Positions 1-8,388 of a DNA stretch of 64,000 nucleotides are shown here, one piece after another. The translations under genes and the position numbers were made by a program. The number at the start of each line of letters is the position of its first letter. Positions within the stretch are counted from its first letter, which is position 1. The notes under the pieces are model-generated. The model did not search any database, had not been told where the DNA came from, and worked only from the letters and a program-made list of their open reading frames with translations. Source of the DNA: an uncultured Solirubrobacterales bacterium (lineage in GTDB: Bacteria; Actinomycetota; Thermoleophilia; Solirubrobacterales; Solirubrobacteraceae); contig OY969791.1 in assembly GCA_963703135.1 (NCBI GenBank), positions 46,954 to 110,953 on the forward strand, read 5' to 3'.

Positions 1-798
1 GTGGGCCAAGGCCGCGAGGGTGCCGGGCAGGCGCTCGCGCGGGGGGCGTCCGGTGAGCGCCCCGATGAAGTCCTTGCGCGAGATCGCCATCAGGAGCGGG
101 CGGCCGAGCTCGTGCAGTCGGGAGAGCTCGCGCAGCAACTCGATGGTTTGGGCGGGCGTCTTGGCGAAGTCGGGGCCGGGATCGACGATCAGGCGCTCGC
201 GGGGCACGCCGGCCCGCTCGGCCGAGGCGAGGCGCTCGGAGAGGAAGCCGAGGACCTCCTCGACGACGTCGCGGTAGAGGTTGGGGTCTTGCAGGCGCTG
301 CTTGGGCGCGGCACTGGTGTGCATCACTACCAAGGCGGCGCCGGTTTGGGCGCACACCTCTGCCAGGCCCAGGTCGCGCAGGCCGCTGACGTCGTTGACG
401 ATCGCCGCCCCCGCCCCGATCGCCGCACGGGCGACAGCGGGCTTGTAGGTGTCGATCGAGACGAGCGCCTCGAATTCGCGGACTAGACGCTCGATCAAAG
501 GCACGACGCGTTCGATCTCCTCCTCCTGATCGACCGCGGGGCGGTTGGTGGCGGCCGACTCCCCGCCGACATCGAGGATGGCGGCGCCCGCGTCCAACAA
601 TTCGCCGGCCAGCCGCAGCCGGTCCTCGAGGGTGCGGTAGCGACCGCCGTCGCTGAAGGAGTCCGGCGAGGCGTTGACGACCCCCATCAGGCACGGTTTG
701 GCGCCCAACTCGAGCACATGGCCGCCCGCGTCCAGGAGATAGGCGGGCGCCGCGAGGTGCCCGCCGGCGTTCGGACACGCGGGCGTCGGCTCGCTCAC
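1..798 (-). CDS. folP: Dihydropteroate synthase (C-terminus runs off the window start)
   Basis: Absent from the supplied ORF track because there is no in-window stop. Reverse-complement translation from GTG at 798 gives VSEPTPAC..CLMGVVNASPDSFSDGG..LDVGGESA..VSIDTYK..IVNDVSG..VVMH..VDPGPDFAKT..AISRKDFIG, the DHPS pterin-binding motif series. The start overlaps the glpD stop (GTGA at 795-798). An alternative GTG start lies at 717. Confidence 0.85.
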   Translation of the reverse strand, partial: MSEPTPACPNAGGHLAAPAYLLDAGGHVLELGAKPCLMGVVNASPDSFSDGGRYRTLEDRLRLAGELLDAGAAILDVGGESAATNRPAVDQEEEIERVVPLIERLVREFEALVSIDTYKPAVARAAIGAGAAIVNDVSGLRDLGLAEVCAQTGAALVVMHTSAAPKQRLQDPNLYRDVVEEVLGFLSERLASAERAGVPRERLIVDPGPDFAKTPAQTIELLRELSRLHELGRPLLMAISRKDFIGALTGRPPRERLPGTLAALAH

Positions 799-2519
799 GG
801 GCAGCCTACGGCGCCCGAACCGCGGGCACCGCTTTCGCCGGACGGGCGGCCGGGAGCATCGCCGTGCACCAGGATCCCCTCCAAGCGGGCCTCCTCGAAG
901 AAGCGCTCGGTCTCCGAGGCCACCCGCTCGGCGCTCCAGTCGAGCTCTTGACCGAGCAGGGCCGCGACGCGCTCCACGGCGGGCCCCCGCTCGGGACCGT
1001 CTCCGACGAGCTCGCGCGCGGCGAGCAGACCGAGTCGGGTACGCCGCAGGAGCACGTCGCCGACGGAGCGGGCCTGCTCTCGGCGCGCGGCGAGCGCTAC
1101 CTCAGCCATCAGGTCGGGCAGGCCGGGCACGATCGGCTGGGCCAGCTCCTCGCGCTCGAGGGCCAGGGCGAGCGCCTCGTGGGCGCCGTAGCCGTAGCGG
1201 GCGGCCAAGGCGGCGCGAGCGTCCTCGGAGACGCCTTGGACGGAGGGCAAATCCTCGACGGAGACAGCTTGACCCAAGGGAATCTCGGCCGTGCGGCAGG
1301 GAGCGTCGCGGGCTTCGCGCTCGACGAGGCGGTCGACTGCGAGCTTGGCCATGCGCCGCCAGGTGGTTAGCTTGCCGCCGGTGATCGTGATCATGCCGCT
1401 CGAGGTCTCATACAGCTCGGCCTTGCGCGAGATGTCGACCGATTTCTTGGTGTCGCCTGTCGAGATCAGAGGCCTCACGCCCGCGTAGGCGCCGGCGATG
1501 TCGCCGGGTGAGAGGTCGGTGGCGAAGAACTCGTTGACGGCGGCCAGGAGGTAGTCGATGTCCTCGGCGGAGGGCTCGATGTGGCGCAGGGAGCCCTCGT
1601 AGTCGTTGTCGGTGGTGCCGACCAAAGTGCGCCCGAGCCAAGGCAGCGCGAAGATCGTGCGCCCCCCGGCGGCGGGGACTATTGCGCCTCCCACCAGAGG
1701 CAAGTCCTCTTGGCGCAGGGTTATGTGGGTGCCTCGACTGGGCCTGATCTGGGGCAGGTCGGCCTCGTCGTGGAGCTCGTGGGGGCGCAGCTCATCGGCC
1801 CACACCCCGGTCGCGTTGACGACGTTGGCGGCGCGTATCTCAAAGCGCTCGCCGGTCTCGCGGTCGCACACTTGGACGCCGCGCGCTTGGCCGTCGCGCT
1901 CGAGCAGGGAGGTGGCGTCCAGGCGGTTGGCGCACACCGCGCCGAAGCGCTCGGCCTCGCCGAGGACGGTCAGGACGAGGCGGGCGTCGTCGGTTTGGCA
2001 GTCGTAGAAGAGGTATCCGCTGGTCGGCTCGCGTCGCTGCAAGGCGGGCAGCAGCTCGAGCACGGCCTCGCCGGAGATCACGCGGTGGCGCTCGGGGCTC
2101 CAGGACTCGCCCTCGCCGCGACGCGCGCGCACGCGCTGGCGGTCCACCGACATGACGTCGTACAGGTTCAGGCCGACGCCCATCAGGCGGTCGGGGCGGG
2201 CCCCTTCGAAGGCGGGCACGACCAGGGGCAGGGGGTGGACCAGGTGGGGCGCCAAGGCCACCATCAGTTGGCGCTCGAGCAAGGCCTCGCGCACCAGGCC
2301 CAGATCGAAGTGCTGCAGGTAGCGAAGGCCGCCGTGGACAAGCTTTGAGGAGCGGCTGGAGGTGCCCGAGGCGTAGTCGGCGCGCTCGATCAGGGCGACG
2401 CTGTAGCCGCGCGTGGCGGCGTCCAAGGCGACACCGGCGCCGGTGATGCCGCCGCCGACGACGACCAGGTCGAACTCGTCGGTGCTCAGGGCGGCGAGCG
2501 CTTGGGCGCGGGAGATCAC
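795..2519 (-). CDS. glpD: FAD-dependent glycerol-3-phosphate dehydrogenase
   Basis: ORF 795..3101 trimmed to GTG 2519 (VISRAQ..). It carries FDLVVVGGGITGAGVALDAATRGYSVALIERADYASGTSSRSSKLVHGGLRYL, the FAD-binding fold typical of GlpD. The 194 upstream codons are Arg/Pro-rich and overlap the protease gene in another frame. Confidence 0.9.
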   Translation of the reverse strand: MISRAQALAALSTDEFDLVVVGGGITGAGVALDAATRGYSVALIERADYASGTSSRSSKLVHGGLRYLQHFDLGLVREALLERQLMVALAPHLVHPLPLVVPAFEGARPDRLMGVGLNLYDVMSVDRQRVRARRGEGESWSPERHRVISGEAVLELLPALQRREPTSGYLFYDCQTDDARLVLTVLGEAERFGAVCANRLDATSLLERDGQARGVQVCDRETGERFEIRAANVVNATGVWADELRPHELHDEADLPQIRPSRGTHITLRQEDLPLVGGAIVPAAGGRTIFALPWLGRTLVGTTDNDYEGSLRHIEPSAEDIDYLLAAVNEFFATDLSPGDIAGAYAGVRPLISTGDTKKSVDISRKAELYETSSGMITITGGKLTTWRRMAKLAVDRLVEREARDAPCRTAEIPLGQAVSVEDLPSVQGVSEDARAALAARYGYGAHEALALALEREELAQPIVPGLPDLMAEVALAARREQARSVGDVLLRRTRLGLLAARELVGDGPERGPAVERVAALLGQELDWSAERVASETERFFEEARLEGILVHGDAPGRPSGESGARGSGAVGCP

Positions 2520-2545
2520 GCTTCCAGTCTTCCAGAGCGACCTTC

Positions 2546-3694
2546 CTAGTGGCGGTGGCGGTGGCGCTTCTTGTGCTTGCGGTGCTTTGCCAAGGTGCCG
2601 ACGGGGCCGATCGCGTGACCGATGCCGGAACTCACAAAGCCCATGATTTGGCCGTTGGCGATGCGCGTGTAGACGCCCGCGTATCCCGCTTGGGCACAGC
2701 CGTTGCCGAAGTCCACGAGGCCGGCCAAGACGTAATCGAAGGGGGGGTGCGCGGGGCTGTCGCTGTCCACCACGAGCGGGCCGCCTGAGTCGCCGTAGCA
2801 GGTGTCCACGTGGGTGCGTCCCCCTCCCGCGCAGATCATCCGCGCGGTGATCGGTTGTTCGATCGTGGCGTACTGTTCTTCGCATTGGGAGTCGGACACG
2901 AGCGGCAGGTGGACGGAGCGCAAATCGGTGGGGTAGTTGGCGGGATGTCCAGGCGAGGGGTCGGTGTCGCCCCAGCCGCTGGAGGTGGCGAGGATCGCGG
3001 GGCTGCGATTCGGGTTGGCCGCGCCGGCATTTGCCTGCGGTTCCAGGGGCAGGGGCGCGATCGTGGCGAGACCGTTGATCGACGGCGTCGCGCCGGACCA
3101 TAGGGGCCGCGCCAAGGTGAGCAAGGCGATGTCGTAGTCGCTGGTGATCGGGTTGTAGTGGGAGTCGAACGTGCTTGAGGCGACCGGGTCGCGCACGGCC
3201 GTCGGTTCGGAGGCCGCGAGTGAGGTCGAACCGGCCAGCACCTCCACATCGGTGGCGTTTTCGCTCTGCCCGGCGCCGGTCACGCAGTGGGCGGCGGTGA
3301 GGACGTGGGTCGCGTCGATGATCACCCCGCCGCAGAAGAACCCGGCGGCGGGCGAGCCGGCGCGCGGGTCATAGAGGGCGACCTGAAACGGGAAGCTTGA
3401 GATCGAGGCCCCTTCCCCGCCGACGATGCTTGCTTTCGCGCGGGGCGAAGCGGCCGCGCCGCGCCTCCTCCTGGCGACCCCTCCCGTTGCGCCTGACCCA
3501 GACCTGGGGGGGGCTGCGTGCGCGCGGCCCCTCGACGCGGCCGCGCGCACGAGCGAGGGGCGAGCGCCGCCCCGGGGCGACTCGACCCCACCGCCGAAGG
3601 GACGAGCCGCCCCGGAGATCCACGCGAAGCACGCGATGGTCCCCACCACCACAATCGCGAATCGCGTTTGACCCGAGGCTATGAAGCGCTGCAT
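2546..3694 (-). CDS. Secreted trypsin-like (S1 family) serine protease with a polybasic His/Lys/Arg C-terminal tail
   Basis: IVGGEGASISSFPFQVAL..LTAAHC (His), DIALLTL (Asp) and CYGDSGGPLV (Ser) form the catalytic triad. There is an N-terminal signal/anchor FAIVVVGTIACFAWISGAA. The protein ends in AKHRKHKKRHRHRH. Confidence 0.9.
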   Translation of the reverse strand: MQRFIASGQTRFAIVVVGTIACFAWISGAARPFGGGVESPRGGARPSLVRAAASRGRAHAAPPRSGSGATGGVARRRRGAAASPRAKASIVGGEGASISSFPFQVALYDPRAGSPAAGFFCGGVIIDATHVLTAAHCVTGAGQSENATDVEVLAGSTSLAASEPTAVRDPVASSTFDSHYNPITSDYDIALLTLARPLWSGATPSINGLATIAPLPLEPQANAGAANPNRSPAILATSSGWGDTDPSPGHPANYPTDLRSVHLPLVSDSQCEEQYATIEQPITARMICAGGGRTHVDTCYGDSGGPLVVDSDSPAHPPFDYVLAGLVDFGNGCAQAGYAGVYTRIANGQIMGFVSSGIGHAIGPVGTLAKHRKHKKRHRHRH

Positions 3695-3851
3695 CGAAAT
3701 ACTGACCCCTCAGATTACTGCGTTTCCTCCCCTCAGTTGAGTGTAAGATACGATGTACTTCATTGGCAATGCGTCTTTTGTCTGAGTTGCGTACCAATTT
3801 GGCACGCGTGGCGATGCGTGCGCCGAAAGCGGGGCGGGGCGTCGGTCTCGC

Positions 3852-5327
3852 TCAGAGAGCCGACAGCTCGGCGGTGATCTCGCTCACCGCCGACTTGGCG
3901 TCGCCGAACAGCATCGAGGTCTTCGGGTCGAAGTACAGTTCGTTCTCGATGCCGGCGAAGCCGGGGTTCATGGAGCGCTTGATCACGATCACCGAACGCG
4001 AGTCGGCGACCTCGAGGATCGGCATGCCGTAGATCGGCGAGGAGGGCGTGTTCTTGGCAGCCGGGTTGGTGACGTCGTTGGCGCCGATCACCAAAGACAC
4101 GTCGGTGCGTTGGAACTCGGGGTTGGCGTCGTCCATCTCCTTGAGCTGGTCATAGGGGACGTCCGCCTCGGCAAGGAGCACGTTCATGTGGCCGGGCATG
4201 CGGCCCGCGACAGGATGAATCGCATAGCTGACCTCGACACCGCGACTCTCGAGCTCCTTGGTGAGCTCGCGTACCGCGTGCTGGGCTTGGGCGACGGCCA
4301 TGCCGTAGCCGGGCACCACAACCACGCGGTTGGCGTAGGCCAGCTGGATAGCGGCGTCGGCGGCGCTCGTGGAGCGCACCGTGCCGTCGTGGGCGCCGGC
4401 GCCTTCGGCGCCCTCGACCGCTCCCCCACCGCCGAAGCCGCCGGCCACGATCGAGGGGATCGAGCGGTTCATCGCGACCGCCATCAAGTTCGTCAGGATC
4501 GAGCCCGATGCGCCCACGATCATGCCGGCCACGATCAGGGCGGGGTTGTTGAGCGCCATGCCGGTCGCCGCGGCCGAGAGGCCCGTGAAAGCGTTCAGGA
4601 GCGAGATCACGACCGGCATGTCCGCGCCGCCGATCGGCAATACGACCGCATTGCCGAGCAGGGCGGCCACGACCAGCATGCCGATGAACAGGAGTTCGGA
4701 GTGAGCGCCCGCCACCAGGTCCACGCCGGCGGCCACCGCGAGGATCAGGAGCACCAGATTGACGATCTGCTGGGCCGGGCCCAAGGAGATCGGCCGTCCG
4801 GGAATGATTTCTTGGAGCTTGCCGAAGGCGATGTTCGATCCCCAGAAGGAAACCGAGCCGACGATCGCGGCGAACACCGAGAAGATCGCCACGTAGGTCG
4901 GCAGGGCGCCCCCGAGCCGGATCGTTTCCCCGGCGATCTCAAACGTGCGCGCGCCATAGGTGGAGCCGTGGCTGCGGAACTCGACCCAGGAGATGATCGC
5001 CACCGCGCCGCCGCCCACGCCGTTGAACAAGGCCACCATCTGGGGCATCGCGGTCATCTTCACCTGGCGCGCCGCGGGCACGCCCACGGCGACCCCGAGC
5101 GCGAGCCCCAGCGCGATCAAGCCCCAGTTGCCCTCGCCCGGGTTGAGCAAGGTCGCGATCACCGCGATCGCCATGCCGACCGCAGCGATACGGTTGCCGC
5201 GCACCGCCGTGGTGGGACCCGAGAGGCCGCGCAGGCCCTGGATGAACAGGGCGAAGGCGATTATGTAGAGGACGTAGATGAAGCTTTCGCTCTGCACGAA
5301 GCTGGTGGCGAGGGGGGCGAAGGTCAT
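3852..5327 (-). CDS. pntB: NAD(P) transhydrogenase subunit beta
   Basis: Multi-TM N-terminal half followed by the NADP(H) domain GYGMAVAQAQHAVRELTKELESRGVEVSYAIHPVAGRMPGHMNVLLAEADVPY. The start overlaps the pntAB stop by 4 nt. Confidence 0.95.
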   Translation of the reverse strand: MTFAPLATSFVQSESFIYVLYIIAFALFIQGLRGLSGPTTAVRGNRIAAVGMAIAVIATLLNPGEGNWGLIALGLALGVAVGVPAARQVKMTAMPQMVALFNGVGGGAVAIISWVEFRSHGSTYGARTFEIAGETIRLGGALPTYVAIFSVFAAIVGSVSFWGSNIAFGKLQEIIPGRPISLGPAQQIVNLVLLILAVAAGVDLVAGAHSELLFIGMLVVAALLGNAVVLPIGGADMPVVISLLNAFTGLSAAATGMALNNPALIVAGMIVGASGSILTNLMAVAMNRSIPSIVAGGFGGGGAVEGAEGAGAHDGTVRSTSAADAAIQLAYANRVVVVPGYGMAVAQAQHAVRELTKELESRGVEVSYAIHPVAGRMPGHMNVLLAEADVPYDQLKEMDDANPEFQRTDVSLVIGANDVTNPAAKNTPSSPIYGMPILEVADSRSVIVIKRSMNPGFAGIENELYFDPKTSMLFGDAKSAVSEITAELSAL

Positions 5328-5731
5328 GCGCTGCTCCCGCCGTCGCTCTTGCCCTGCCCGCCCGGGCCGGCCTGTCCACCGGAACCCGCCTGTCCGCCCG
5401 AGCCGGGGGTGCTAGCCGCGTTGTCCTCGGCCTTGGGCTTGGGGCGCGACTTGAACATGTCGAGCATCCGGTCGGTGACCAGGAAACCGCCGACGATGTT
5501 GATCGTGCCGAAAGCGACCGCGATCACGAGCAAGGCCTTGCTGAAACCGTCGAGGCCGGGCAAACCGAACAGGAGCAGCGCACCGAGCAGCACGATCCCG
5601 TGGATCGCGTTGGTGCCGCTCATGAGCGGTGTGTGCAAGGTGTTGGGCACCTTGGAGATCACGACGAAACCGATGAAGCCCGCGAGCACGAGGATCGCCA
5701 GGTTGGTCGTCAGCACGCTTGCCAGGATCAT
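5324..5731 (-). CDS. pntAB: NAD(P) transhydrogenase subunit alpha part 2 (membrane), with a Gly/Gln-rich C-terminal extension
   Basis: VPNTLHTPLMSGTNAIHGIVLLGALLL.. is typical of PntAB. It lies between pntAA and pntB with 4-nt overlaps. The tail reads TPGSGGQAGSGGQAGPGGQGKSDGGSSA. Confidence 0.9.
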   Translation of the reverse strand: MILASVLTTNLAILVLAGFIGFVVISKVPNTLHTPLMSGTNAIHGIVLLGALLLFGLPGLDGFSKALLVIAVAFGTINIVGGFLVTDRMLDMFKSRPKPKAEDNAASTPGSGGQAGSGGQAGPGGQGKSDGGSSA

Positions 5732-6924
5732 GCGCTCGCTCCCTCAGGCCCAGTCGAGCCGCTCGGCGCCGCGGCTGCCTCCACCGCGGCCTTGGCGCCC
5801 ACGCCGACGATCTCACCGTCGCGGACCGTACACGCGCCGGCCACGATCTCATCCTCGAAGTCCAGTTTCAGCTCGACCTCGCCCTTGCCCTCGCCCCCCT
5901 CGTCGATCTTTGTGACGAGCAGATCGAGTAGGGCTTGCACGTTGCGCGCGAACAGCTGGGAGGAGTGCTCGGCCATGCTGGCCGGCAGGTTCAAGGGCGA
6001 GACGATCTTCACGTCGTGCTTGACCACGGTCTGACCGGGCTCGGTCAACGCGCAATTGCCGCCGGACTCGCCGGCCAAGTCCACGATCACAGAGCCGGGC
6101 TTCATCCCTTCAACCGCCTCCGCGGTGACCAGCTTCGGAGCCGGGCGCCCAGGCACGAGCGCGGTCGTGATGACCACGTCGAAACCCTTGATCGCGTCGG
6201 TCAAGGCCTGCTGCTGCTGGGCGCGCTCGGCCTCGGTCAGCTCGCGCGCGTAGCCGCCCTCGCCGCTTGCCTCAAGACCCAAGTCCAGCCACTGGGCGCC
6301 GAGCGACTGAACCTGCTCGGCGACCTCGGGACGCACGTCATAGCCGGTCGTGCGCGCGCCCAAGCGCTTGGCGGTCGCCAGCGCCTGCAGGCCGGCCACA
6401 CCGGCGCCCAACACCAAGACCTTGGCGGGCGGGATCGTGCCGGCCGCGGTCATCAGCATCGGATAGAAACGTCCCATGTGCTCCGCGCCGAGCAGAGCCG
6501 CCTTGTAGCCGGCGATATTGCTCTGCGAGGAGAGCGCGTCCATCGACTGGGCGCGCGAGATCCTCGGGATCGACTCCATCGCAAAGGCCGTCGCTTTGGC
6601 CGCGGCGAGCGCCTTCGTGGTCTGGGGGCTCGTCAGCGGCGCCAGGAAGCCGATCAAAATCGAGCCCTGCCCGAGCAGTCCGATCTCGGCCTCGCTGGGC
6701 GGCGAGATCTTCACGACCACCTCAGAGCGCCACACCTCGCCCGTGTCGGCGGTCAACCGGGCGCCCGCGTCCTCGAAGGCGCTGTCTGGCAGGAGGGCGT
6801 CTGCGCCCGCGCCAGCCTCGACCAGGACATCAATGCCCTTGGCCTTCAACTTGGCGACGACCTCCGGGACGAGCGCTACTCGATGCTCGCCCGCGGCGGT
6901 CTCCTTCGGAACACCTACCCGCAT
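5728..6924 (-). CDS. pntAA: NAD(P) transhydrogenase subunit alpha part 1 (alanine-dehydrogenase-like)
   Basis: MRVGVPKETAAGEHRVALVPE.. plus the Rossmann motif KVLVLGAGVAGLQALATAKRLGA. Start trimmed to the ATG at 6924 (M13 of ORF 5728..6960). Confidence 0.92.
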   Translation of the reverse strand: MRVGVPKETAAGEHRVALVPEVVAKLKAKGIDVLVEAGAGADALLPDSAFEDAGARLTADTGEVWRSEVVVKISPPSEAEIGLLGQGSILIGFLAPLTSPQTTKALAAAKATAFAMESIPRISRAQSMDALSSQSNIAGYKAALLGAEHMGRFYPMLMTAAGTIPPAKVLVLGAGVAGLQALATAKRLGARTTGYDVRPEVAEQVQSLGAQWLDLGLEASGEGGYARELTEAERAQQQQALTDAIKGFDVVITTALVPGRPAPKLVTAEAVEGMKPGSVIVDLAGESGGNCALTEPGQTVVKHDVKIVSPLNLPASMAEHSSQLFARNVQALLDLLVTKIDEGGEGKGEVELKLDFEDEIVAGACTVRDGEIVGVGAKAAVEAAAAPSGSTGPEGASA

Positions 6925-7007
6925 GAAGGCCGGGAAAGTATCGGATCTGCCCGACGCCACGCAGTCCGGTCCGGGTCGGCGGGTCCTTGTGCAAGACTCG
7001 AAGCGCC

Positions 7008-7613
7008 ATGACGGTCAACCTGACGCGCATCTACACCAAGCTCGGAGACGGCGGCCAGACGCACCTGGGAGACATGAGCCGCGTCTCCAAGCTGCATCCT
7101 CGCGTGGAGGCCTATGGGACCGTGGATGAGCTCAACGCGACGATCGGCCTGGCCCTGCTCGCGCCCGGCATGCCCGGGCGCTTCGTCGAGTGGCTCGAGC
7201 GCGTCCAGAACGATTTGCTCGACGTGGGCGCCGACCTGTCGGTGCCGGGTCCCGCCGAGGAGGAGCCCGACCAGACGCGCAAGGGCCAGCAGCGCCTGCG
7301 CGTCGGCCCCGAGTACGCGGCCTGGTTGGAGCAGGTCTGCGACGAGGTCAACGCGACGCTCGCTCCTCTGCGCTCGTTCGTGATCCCCGGAGGCACGCCT
7401 GCCTCCGCCCACCTGCACATCTGCCGCACCGTCTGTCGCCGCGCCGAGCGTCGCGCGATCGCCGTTGAGGACTGCAACCCGGAGACGATCCGCTATTTGA
7501 ATCGACTGTCGGACATGCTTTTCATCCTCTCCCGCGCCGCGCGTGAGCACGAGCCGGGCTCCGAGCCACTATGGGCTCCAGGCGCGCACGGCTCCGGGCG
7601 AACGCCTTCTTAG
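7008..7613 (+). CDS. pduO: PduO-type ATP:cob(I)alamin adenosyltransferase
   Basis: MTVNLTRIYTKLGDGGQTHLGDMSRVSKLHPRVEAYGTVDELNATIGLAL.. is the N-terminal signature of PduO/MMAB-type adenosyltransferases. Start taken at the ATG at 7008. Confidence 0.85.
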   Translation: MTVNLTRIYTKLGDGGQTHLGDMSRVSKLHPRVEAYGTVDELNATIGLALLAPGMPGRFVEWLERVQNDLLDVGADLSVPGPAEEEPDQTRKGQQRLRVGPEYAAWLEQVCDEVNATLAPLRSFVIPGGTPASAHLHICRTVCRRAERRAIAVEDCNPETIRYLNRLSDMLFILSRAAREHEPGSEPLWAPGAHGSGRTPS

Positions 7614-8279
7614 ACCCGCGGTCCTGGGCCCGAGCGCGTCGCCGTCCTGCCCCGCCGCGCGCAACGCCGCGAACGCCAAGGCCGCCCAGAACGTCGCCAG
7701 CAGATAGCCGCCCACGACATCGCTCGGCATGTGCCACGCGAGCACCAGCAAAGCGCCGCCGACCGCCAGCGCGAAGACCGCTCCGACCGCGGCCACGAAG
7801 CGGCGCTCGGTTGGCGGGGCAACCAGCAAGGCACACCAAACGAGCGTGGTCGCGGCGGTCGCGTGACCGCTCGGCCACGAAGCGTTGGCGATGTATTTCG
7901 GGCCGATCTGATCGTGATGGTGGGCCAGCAGCGGCTTCAGCAGCTCTGCGCTCAGAGGCGCCAACGGCAGCAGGATCGCGACCGCCAAGGCCACCCACGC
8001 CAGGCGACGGCGCAAAGCGATGGCGACCAAGCCGATTCCCCAGGCGGCGTAGAAGGGCGGGTAGAGCAGGTCCAGCAGAGCGTTGGCGGGCGCTTCCACG
8101 AGCGGGCGATTCAGGCGCGTGAAGTCATACAAGGCGACCGCGTCCTTGACATGGGTGATCGGCACAAGCTCGGCCAAGGTCCAGGTGATCGCCAGCCCCA
8201 CCACGCACAGCCCCGCCACGAGCAGGGCCAGCCGCGCGAGGCGACGGTCGCCGGGCGGGGCGCGCACGATCATGGACAT
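7569..8279 (-). CDS. PAP2-family membrane phosphatase
   Basis: Six hydrophobic segments plus the PAP2 motifs SWPSGHATAA and AWHMPSDVVGG. It lies 110 nt downstream of, and on the same strand as, the ECF operon. Confidence 0.75.
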   Translation of the reverse strand: MSMIVRAPPGDRRLARLALLVAGLCVVGLAITWTLAELVPITHVKDAVALYDFTRLNRPLVEAPANALLDLLYPPFYAAWGIGLVAIALRRRLAWVALAVAILLPLAPLSAELLKPLLAHHHDQIGPKYIANASWPSGHATAATTLVWCALLVAPPTERRFVAAVGAVFALAVGGALLVLAWHMPSDVVGGYLLATFWAALAFAALRAAGQDGDALGPRTAGLRRRSPGAVRAWSP

Positions 8280-8388
8280 CTCAGCAGGTTAGGAGAGTCG
8301 CTTAAGGACCGCTCAAGCCCGGCGCATCGGAAACGGCCGAGCCGCTCGACGGTCGCTCCGGGTACGCGCGATCGGAGACGGCCGCGGG

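Noticed and set aside
2520-3101. N-terminal 194 codons of ORF 795..3101, and similar Arg/Pro-rich extensions of ORFs 11923..13734, 37607..39883, 42859..44337, 59858..60601, 60289..61863, 35508..36497 and 56078..57091
   Set aside because: These extensions overlap neighbouring real genes in other frames and lack family similarity. Plausible internal ATG/GTG/TTG starts, often with an SD or a 4-nt stop/start overlap, give proteins of canonical length.
4110-5915. 601-aa + strand ORF, the longest ORF over the pnt region
   Set aside because: It lies antisense to pntB/pntAB, which have unmistakable family motifs. Its product is an Arg/His/Asp/Gly-rich low-complexity sequence, typical of spurious open frames in ~70% GC DNA.
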